Shown: positions 57,656-64,000 of the stretch, one piece after another
How the letters are laid out: every line of letters starts with the position of its first letter
Numbering within the stretch: the stretch's first letter is position 1
Assembly (NCBI RefSeq): GCF_050725575.1
Contig: NZ_JBOHHW010000002.1
Location: forward strand, 118,235-182,234
Origin: Sphingomonas sp.
GTDB lineage: Bacteria > Pseudomonadota > Alphaproteobacteria > Sphingomonadales > Sphingomonadaceae
Length of the DNA: 64,000 bases
Direction of reading: 5' to 3'
Translations under genes and position numbers: made by a program
Notes under the pieces: generated by a model
Seen by the model: the letters and a program-made list of their open reading frames with translations, nothing else
Told to the model about the DNA's origin: nothing
The model's database searches: none

Positions 57656-58264
57656 TCATCGCACCCAGCGCTTGAGTTCGGCGGCGATCGCGTCGGGCTT
57701 GCCGTCCTGGGGCAGCAGGGCCAGGGGTTTGCCTTCCGGATCCATCAGATAGGCGACCCGCGCGTGATCCATCAGATAGCCGCCGCCCGGCGCCGGATCG
57801 CCCTTCTTGTAATAGATCGCGAATGCCTTCGCGACCTTGGCGATCGCGTCGGGAGTTCCGGTCAGCCCGACCATGCGCGGATGAAAGGCGCTGACGAACT
57901 GCTTGAGGACTGGCGGCGTATCGCGTTCGGGGTCGACCGAAATGAAGATCGGTACCACCTTGGCGCCCAATGCCGGGTCGCTCTTTTCCAGCGCGCGCAG
58001 GCCGGCGCCGAGGTTCTGCACATCGACCGGGCACACATCGGGACAGTAGGTATAGCCGAAATAGACGATGCGATATTTGCCTTTGAACGCGGTATCGCTG
58101 ACCTCATGCCCATCCTGATCGGTCAGCGTGAAAGGCCCGCCGATCGTCGCTCCTTCGAGCGGCGGCCGCGCCGGCGCGGAAGGTGCGGAGCAGGCGACAG
58201 GCATGGCCGCGATCAGGAGCGCGGCGGTAGCGCGGGCGATCAGTTTCATAGCGTGGCCAGCCAT
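57656..58264 (-). CDS. SCO1/SenC family copper chaperone
   Basis: YFGYTYCPDVCP thioredoxin-like CxxxC motif. Signal/anchor sequence at the N-terminus. An alternative start lies at 58249. Confidence 0.88.
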   Translation of the reverse strand: MAGHAMKLIARATAALLIAAMPVACSAPSAPARPPLEGATIGGPFTLTDQDGHEVSDTAFKGKYRIVYFGYTYCPDVCPVDVQNLGAGLRALEKSDPALGAKVVPIFISVDPERDTPPVLKQFVSAFHPRMVGLTGTPDAIAKVAKAFAIYYKKGDPAPGGGYLMDHARVAYLMDPEGKPLALLPQDGKPDAIAAELKRWVR

Positions 58265-58335
58265 GATCTGTTAAGGCGGGGCGCGCAAGTTGCGTTGATA
58301 CGTCACCACAGCATAACAAGGGTCGGCACGACACG

Positions 58336-58941
58336 ATGACCGTTCGTTTGAAGCAGATCGCGGTGGCTGCTGCCGCGCTCATGATGTCCACAGGCGTCGC
58401 GCACGCGCAGCAGCAATCCGAAAGCTACAAGTTCCTGCAGGCGGTACGCGACAGCAAGGGCGATGACGTGCTGAAGATGCTGAACCAGCCCGGCAGCCGC
58501 ATCATCAACACGCGGGATATCGGCACCCGGGAAGGCGCGCTGCATATCGTCGTCAAGCGCGGCGATGCGACCTATCTGCGCTTCCTGCTGCAGCAACAAG
58601 CCGACCCGAATTTGCGCGATGGGGATGGAAATACGCCATTGGCGCTTGCCGTGAATGGCGGCCAGTCCGCATTGGTCGATATCCTGATCACGGCCAAGGC
58701 CAATGTGAATCTCGCCAACTCACGCGGCGAAACACCGTTGATCCTGGCGGTTCAGCGCCGCGATGTGGGCCTCGCCCGTACATTGCTCACCGCAGGGGCC
58801 GACCCCGATCAGCCTGATCTGCTCGCCGGCATGTCGGCGCGTGACTATGCGCATGACGACAAACGATCATCGATCATGGCCAAGCTGATTGACGAGACAC
58901 CGAAAAAGGCACGTCGGGCGGTTTCCGGCCCGAAGCTCTGA
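58336..58941 (+). CDS. secreted ankyrin-repeat protein
   Basis: Signal peptide ...STGVAHAQQ and about four ANK repeats (GALHIVVKRGD, GNTPLALAVNGG, GETPLILAVQRRD). Confidence 0.85.
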   Translation: MTVRLKQIAVAAAALMMSTGVAHAQQQSESYKFLQAVRDSKGDDVLKMLNQPGSRIINTRDIGTREGALHIVVKRGDATYLRFLLQQQADPNLRDGDGNTPLALAVNGGQSALVDILITAKANVNLANSRGETPLILAVQRRDVGLARTLLTAGADPDQPDLLAGMSARDYAHDDKRSSIMAKLIDETPKKARRAVSGPKL

Positions 58942-58962
58942 GTCCATAGGGTTTCGCAGCGC

Positions 58963-59463
58963 TCAGAATGCGGCGCCAGCCTCGGCTTCGGGGTCGAGCA
59001 CGCCGATCAGGCGTCGGCCCGCGCGACGCGCAAACGCCAGCGTGCAGCGCTTGCGTGTCGCGGCGGAAAGCGGATCGGTATGGGCTTCGCGGATAATCGC
59101 CGCGTCATAACGGTCAGCGATGATGATGCCGGTGCGCTCGGGCAGGAACGCGGCTCCATCGAGCGGTGCTGCATCAAAGCCGGCTGGCAGCGCCCAATAG
59201 AATCGGTCGCAACAGCCGAGATAATCGGTCCATTTGCCATCGCCGAGAAGGTCGGCGCGCGACACCTTGATCTCGACGATGATAATCTGGCCGCGCGAAT
59301 CGATCGCCATCAGATCCGCGCGCCGGCCGCCATCGAGCGACACCTCGGTCATCGCGACGAGATCGTGTCGCAACAGCATCCGGGTCGTGCCGCGCGCGAC
59401 ATCAGCGGCACACAGCGCAGATCCGGGGTCGTCGATACAGGAAACGGGAGGACGCTCAAGCAT
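58963..59463 (-). CDS. MmcB-family (PD-(D/E)XK-like) DNA repair protein
   Basis: 166 aa. RADLMAID...IIIVEIKVSRADL nuclease-fold core. Confidence 0.65.
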   Translation of the reverse strand: MLERPPVSCIDDPGSALCAADVARGTTRMLLRHDLVAMTEVSLDGGRRADLMAIDSRGQIIIVEIKVSRADLLGDGKWTDYLGCCDRFYWALPAGFDAAPLDGAAFLPERTGIIIADRYDAAIIREAHTDPLSAATRKRCTLAFARRAGRRLIGVLDPEAEAGAAF

Positions 59464-59523
59464 CCTCCCGTCTTAGAACATTAAGCGAACGAAATAAAGC
59501 CTGACAGGCCTGGCCGGCCTAAC

Positions 59524-60177
59524 TCAACGATAGAAAACATGGTTTCCGATCGAGGCGACCTTGCTCATCCGCCAGCCCGGCGCGACGCGACGCGCATGGA
59601 AATACAGCGCGTTGGCGGCAGGGCTGTCCCAATGATCGGCCATTGCGACCTGCGCGACAGCGACCGCGGTGCGGAACTGCTTGTTGTTGGCGATCGCCGG
59701 AATATGACCGCCGCGCACGAACGAGAACTGGCCGCGCTGAGTTACGACCGAGCAGACCGACTTCGGAAAGCGGCCCGATTTGGTCCGGTTGAGAATAACC
59801 TCGGCAACCGCAAGCTGGCCGGCAAGCGGCTCGCTCTTGGATTCGAAATAGATTGCGCTGGCCATGCAGCGCAGGTCGCCATCAACCGTCGTGGGTGCGT
59901 CCTGGTCGGCGACGGCGGCATCGAGGCTCGCATATTCCACATCGTCAGTGGTGACGACCGGCGCGGGCGCTTCGCTATTGATGGCAGGCGTGGAAGGCTC
60001 AGGTGCAGATTGGGGCGCAATGGCCGGAATCTGCGCCGGCAGTGGAACCGGAACCAGCGGCGATGCGTTAATCGCGCGGTCCAGTTCGAAGGCGAAGCCC
60101 GGTGTGCTGACGCCGATGAGTCCGGCGATTCCGAGCGACATCGCCGCGAGTGTTGCGGCGCGTTGAAAAAACGACAT
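59524..60177 (-). CDS. SleB-type cell wall hydrolase
   Basis: C-terminal LRCMASAIYFESKSEPLAGQLAVAEVILNR...VCSVVTQ, a Pro/Ala-rich linker, and a signal peptide. Confidence 0.85.
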   Translation of the reverse strand: MSFFQRAATLAAMSLGIAGLIGVSTPGFAFELDRAINASPLVPVPLPAQIPAIAPQSAPEPSTPAINSEAPAPVVTTDDVEYASLDAAVADQDAPTTVDGDLRCMASAIYFESKSEPLAGQLAVAEVILNRTKSGRFPKSVCSVVTQRGQFSFVRGGHIPAIANNKQFRTAVAVAQVAMADHWDSPAANALYFHARRVAPGWRMSKVASIGNHVFYR

Positions 60178-60332
60178 TCAATCTTCGAACTATGCGGTTG
60201 GTGCGCGGAACGACCGGCTCAAACGGAGCTATCGCCCGGGCTGCCCCCCGACTGCGTAATCGAACGGATCGCACCCGCATCGACACAACGCATTTGACAG
60301 TGAGGACGCTATCTTTGTGCAGCGCAACAATG

Positions 60333-60674
60333 TCAATCGTCGAGGATCGTTTCAGCGGCGAACCGTTCCGCGAACGGGCTGTCCAGTTCAATGACCCATA
60401 AATCCGGATCACGCGACCGCCGACGCTGCCAATAGGCGGTAATTTCCGAAGGATTATCAACAGCTTGGTGGGTAGACTCGATCAACGAGACAGCGCCATC
60501 CGGCCCGATCCCGCGCTCCAGCGCTCGCGGATTCTGCCCGTTTTCCAACGCTATGATCAGTATTGCGCCAGCCTGATCATCCCCCCGGGCGAGCATCATG
60601 CCCATTCCGCCGGCATCATTCACCCGCCGCAGCAATGCGCTGACCAGAACCCCGCTGGGCAGTCGCCCGCTCAT
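60333..60674 (-). CDS. DUF1491 family protein
   Basis: 113 aa. LPSGVLVSALLRRVNDAGGMGMMLARGDDQAGAILI. Confidence 0.7.
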   Translation of the reverse strand: MSGRLPSGVLVSALLRRVNDAGGMGMMLARGDDQAGAILIIALENGQNPRALERGIGPDGAVSLIESTHQAVDNPSEITAYWQRRRSRDPDLWVIELDSPFAERFAAETILDD

Positions 60675-61135
60675 GGAGCGGAGCGATATCCGGGCAGGCT
60701 CGCAAGTGCGACGCGGGAGCGCATGAAGGTGCCGGTTCCCCGCGCCGCTTCCTCGCCATCGGCATCGATCAGCCGCGCTTCGGCAACGAAGACGCGCCGT
60801 TGACCACTGACCCAGCGCCCTTCCGCGGTCACCGGCCCGGCCTTGAGCGGACGGGTGAACAACAGGTTGAACGCGGTGGTGAGCAGGAAACGGTCAGTGA
60901 CCAGGCTGTTCACGGCGTAGAAGGCCGCATCGTCCAGCATCTTGAAATAGCTCGTACCATGGGCGGCGCCCGCGGCATGATAATAGCGCTCGTCGATCAG
61001 GAAATGGATTCGCGCAAAACCGCTTTCGGGAATCTCCAGCGTCGAGTCGAACAGCTGGTTGATCGGGGCCGCGGCATAAAGCGCTTCGAGCGCGCGGAAA
61101 TGCGCTTCGGCCCCGCTCGCAGGCTCAGGCGGCAT
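60671..61135 (-). CDS. PaaI-family hotdog thioesterase
   Basis: Start set at MPPEPASGAE. Hotdog core ...AAHGTSYFKMLDDAA...AEARLIDADGEEAARGTGTF. Confidence 0.7.
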   Translation of the reverse strand: MPPEPASGAEAHFRALEALYAAAPINQLFDSTLEIPESGFARIHFLIDERYYHAAGAAHGTSYFKMLDDAAFYAVNSLVTDRFLLTTAFNLLFTRPLKAGPVTAEGRWVSGQRRVFVAEARLIDADGEEAARGTGTFMRSRVALASLPGYRSAP

Positions 61136-61595
61136 CGCGCGCTTCGTCTTGAGTGAAGAGGGCGTAAAGCGCGTCGGGAGACCCCGCACCGCGCAACTTG
61201 GCGAGAAAGCCGCGATCGCGCAGCCGCCGCGACACACGTGCCAGCGCCTTCAGATGCGCTGCACCCGCATCGGGTGGCGAGAGCAGCACGAAGACCAGAT
61301 CGACCGGCAAATCGTCAATCGCCTGGAATTCGACCGGCTGCGCCATCCGGGCGAACAGGCCGATCACCTGCGGCAGGCCTGCAAGCTTGCCGTGCGGAAT
61401 CGCGACGCCGCCGCCAAAGCCGGTCGATCCCAGCTTCTCGCGCGCGGTCAACGCATCGGCGACGATCTTGGCATCAAGCCCGTGGATATCGGCCAGCATC
61501 GCCGCAACATGTTGCAGCAATGCCTTTTTGGTCCCCGCGGCCAACCCCTGGACCACGGCCTCGGGCAGCAGCAGATCGCTGAAATCGGTCATCAT
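61125..61595 (-). CDS. ptsN: PTS IIA-Ntr nitrogen regulatory protein
   Basis: 156 aa. REKLGSTGFGGGVAIPHGKL (phospho-His loop). Confidence 0.88.
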   Translation of the reverse strand: MMTDFSDLLLPEAVVQGLAAGTKKALLQHVAAMLADIHGLDAKIVADALTAREKLGSTGFGGGVAIPHGKLAGLPQVIGLFARMAQPVEFQAIDDLPVDLVFVLLSPPDAGAAHLKALARVSRRLRDRGFLAKLRGAGSPDALYALFTQDEARDAA

Positions 61596-61672
61596 CGTCC
61601 CTGAAACGCTCTAGCGTAATCGCCCCCGCGTTCGGGCGCCCATAGCGCCGAACGCGGGTTGGTGAAAGCCGC

Positions 61673-62263
61673 TCAGGCCGAGCGGTGCGGCTCGACCCAT
61701 CCAATCGTCCCGTCGCCGCGGCGATAGACCATATTATAGGCACCCGAGCCGCTGTTCTTGAACAGCAGCGCCGTGGTGTTGCGCAGGTCGAGCATCATCA
61801 CCGCGTCGGACACGCTTGCATCGGGCACGTCGACGCGCGTCTCCGCGACGATCAGCGGGAAATCCGCCGCTTCTTCATCCTCGGTTTCACGGAACACGGT
61901 ATAGCCGGCATTGTCATAGGCGCCATTTTCCGCCGCGCCATTGGTCGCGCCGGCGGAATGGCGATCCTTCAGGCGGCGCATGTAGCGGCGCAGCTGTTTC
62001 TCGATCTTGTCGGCCGCACCGTCGAACGAGACATGGGCGTCCTTGCCGTTGTTCGTTCCCTTGAGCACCAGGCCATGCATCACATGCGCGACGATGTCGC
62101 AGGTGAAGCCATTATCGTGCGGACCCTTGCCGAAGGTGACCTGCGCCGAAATCGCGCGAGAGAAATACTTCGTGGCAATGCCCTGGAGTCGATCCTCGAC
62201 ATGGCTTTTCAGTGCCTTGCCGGTGTCGACCTGATGGCCCGATACCCGGATTTCCATGAGCAT
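61673..62263 (-). CDS. hpf: ribosome hibernation promoting factor (long form)
   Basis: 196 aa. N-terminal S30AE domain (IRVSGHQVDTGKALKSHVEDRL) plus a C-terminal dimerisation domain. Confidence 0.9.
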   Translation of the reverse strand: MLMEIRVSGHQVDTGKALKSHVEDRLQGIATKYFSRAISAQVTFGKGPHDNGFTCDIVAHVMHGLVLKGTNNGKDAHVSFDGAADKIEKQLRRYMRRLKDRHSAGATNGAAENGAYDNAGYTVFRETEDEEAADFPLIVAETRVDVPDASVSDAVMMLDLRNTTALLFKNSGSGAYNMVYRRGDGTIGWVEPHRSA

Positions 62264-62308
62264 TCTCCTTATTGGGGACCACCGATCTGGGTAGGCCCCG
62301 TCATCGCG

Positions 62309-63001
62309 TCAACCTGACGCCTCAAGCCGCCAAAGGGGATTGGCGATCTTTTCAATAAACGCCGCATGCCGTGCAAGTTCCGCTTCGCTCGGTTCGAACA
62401 GGCGCGGCGGGCGCACCACAGCCGGCGCCGCGACCGGCGCGAAGCTGGTCTGTATCTCGACCGTCTCGGACACCAGGGTCAGCCCGATCTGACGACCGCC
62501 GGTCAGTTCGACATAGACCTGCGACAGCAATTGCGCGTCGAGCAACGCGCCGTGCAGCACACGGTGGCTGCGATCGATGCCATAGCGGCTGCACAGCGCA
62601 TCGAGGCTGTGCTTGGCGCCGGGATGCCGCGTACGCGCCATCGCAACGGTGTCGATCATCCGGCCCATATCGATCGGCGCCCGTCCAGCCCGCGCCAGCT
62701 CGCCGTTGAGGAAGCCGAAATCGAACCCGGCATTGTGCGCAATCAGCGGACAGTCGCCGAGAAACTCGATCAGCGCCTCGGCCTGGTGCGAGAAGAGCGG
62801 TTTGTCAGCAAGAAAAGCGTCGCCCAGCCCGTGAATCCGCTGTGCCTCGGGCGGCATCGCGCGTTCGGGGTTGAAATAGGCGTGGAAGGTGCGCCCAGTC
62901 TCGACTCGGTTGACGATCTCGACACAGCCGATCTCGACCATCCGGTCGCCATTGTCGAAGCTGAAGCCGGTGGTTTCGGTGTCGAAGACGATTTCGCGCA
63001 T
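62309..63001 (-). CDS. dnaQ: DNA polymerase III epsilon subunit
   Basis: Start set at MREIVFDTETTG (Exo I). HNAGFDFGFL (Exo II) and HGALLDAQLL (Exo III). Confidence 0.9.
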   Translation of the reverse strand: MREIVFDTETTGFSFDNGDRMVEIGCVEIVNRVETGRTFHAYFNPERAMPPEAQRIHGLGDAFLADKPLFSHQAEALIEFLGDCPLIAHNAGFDFGFLNGELARAGRAPIDMGRMIDTVAMARTRHPGAKHSLDALCSRYGIDRSHRVLHGALLDAQLLSQVYVELTGGRQIGLTLVSETVEIQTSFAPVAAPAVVRPPRLFEPSEAELARHAAFIEKIANPLWRLEASG

Positions 63002-63009
63002 GCGGGTGA

Positions 63010-63603
63010 TTATCTGCCTTCGGAGCCGATCAGGCAAGCGATCACCGCATCGACCGCAGCACGCGTCTCGCCGAGAGAATTACCTGTCGGAATGACAAAA
63101 TCGGCGCGCGCCCGCTTTTCGGCATCCGGCAATTGGCGCGCGAGAATCGCATCGAGTCGGGCGGCGTGCATGCCCGGCCGGGCAAGCACGCGCTGACGCT
63201 GCACATCGGCCGGTGCACTGACCACCACCACCTTGTCGACTTTGGTCTCGCCGCCGGTCTCGAACAGCAACGGGATGTCGAACACGATCAGCGGCGCGGC
63301 CTTGTTGTTGGCCAAAAAAGCGGCGCGATCTTCCCCAACCGCGGGATGGACCAGTGCTTCGAGTCGCTTGAGCGCCGCCGGGTCGCCGAGCACGGCCTCG
63401 CCGAGCCGCGCGCGATCGACGCCCTCCGCGCCGGTGGTGCCAGGAAACATCGCTTCGATCGCCGCGACCAGCCGCCCATTCTTGCCCTGCAACTGATGGA
63501 CCGCCGCATCGGCATCAAACACCGGCACGCCGCGATCCGCGAACATCGCCGCAACGGTCGATTTGCCCATGCCAATTGATCCGGTCAGCCCGATGACGAT
63601 CAT
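63010..63603 (-). CDS. coaE: dephospho-CoA kinase
   Basis: 197 aa. MIVIGLTGSIGMGKST P-loop. Confidence 0.9.
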   Translation of the reverse strand: MIVIGLTGSIGMGKSTVAAMFADRGVPVFDADAAVHQLQGKNGRLVAAIEAMFPGTTGAEGVDRARLGEAVLGDPAALKRLEALVHPAVGEDRAAFLANNKAAPLIVFDIPLLFETGGETKVDKVVVVSAPADVQRQRVLARPGMHAARLDAILARQLPDAEKRARADFVIPTGNSLGETRAAVDAVIACLIGSEGR

Positions 63604-64000
63604 GACGTCAGCAGATCTCGCAGCTCGTCATCGCGATCGCGCGGTGGCTCGGCACCGAACAGCAACTCGAATGCAAGCGCAGCCTGGCCGATCAGCATGT
63701 CGAGTCCATCGACCGTATCGAGATCGCGATCGCGCGCCGCGGCGAGCAAAGGCGTTTCGAGCGGCGCATAGACAATATCATAAACCAGCGCGTCGTCGGG
63801 TAGCGGCGCCAGGTCAATCTCGAGCGGCGGCTGCCCGACCATGCCCAGCGCGCTGGTGTTGACCAGCAACGCTGCGGGCGGCAGCGCGGTACTCAGCGGC
63901 AGTGCCTGGCCCTTCAATCCGAAGGAAGATAGCAGGGCCGCGGCCTTCAGCACATTGCGGTTGAGAATCGTCACCGGCCCGACCCCGACTCGCGACAGGG
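63600..64000 (-). CDS. aroE: shikimate dehydrogenase, C-terminal part (runs off the window edge)
   Basis: ...ILNRNVLKAAAL...LLVNTSALGM...YDIVYAPLETPLL. The frame stays open upstream of the GTG listed at 63974 all the way to position 64000. Confidence 0.8.
   Translation of the reverse strand, partial: LSRVGVGPVTILNRNVLKAAALLSSFGLKGQALPLSTALPPAALLVNTSALGMVGQPPLEIDLAPLPDDALVYDIVYAPLETPLLAAARDRDLDTVDGLDMLIGQAALAFELLFGAEPPRDRDDELRDLLTS

Overview
This is a visibly GC-rich, gene-dense chromosomal segment. It reads like the core genome of a Sphingomonadaceae-type alphaproteobacterium: class-I LysRS, crtZ, the alpha-2-macroglobulin/PbpC pair, yceD-bamE, hpf-ptsN, aroE-coaE-dnaQ and fdxA-carD. About 60 protein genes are supported, mostly housekeeping. 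I saw no rRNA, tRNA, CRISPR array, transposase or integrase.

Observations that stand out:
1. Two diverged copies of a ~230-260 bp AT-rich non-coding element (22417-22675 on +, 51695-51924 on -). Both carry arrays of CTGTT/AACAG-centred decamers, mutually exclusive hairpins and compensatory stem changes. This is a candidate structured RNA or an undescribed repeat family.
2. A full-length N-D1-D2 Cdc48/p97-type AAA+ unfoldase (48404-50698), divergent from a LysR regulator. It is preceded by a terminator-bounded short transcript with a 29-codon Cys-rich ORF.
3. An orphan HerA/DUF87 ATPase downstream of a translationally coupled TSUP/TIGR02186 membrane pair.
4. A phytanoyl-CoA-dioxygenase-family gene broken by a single in-frame TAA.
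5. Several small repeat families: a palindromic REP/MITE-like element, a conserved terminator hairpin, and a 13-bp tandem repeat over a stop codon.

Functional calls rest on motif recognition in the supplied translations. No database search was possible.
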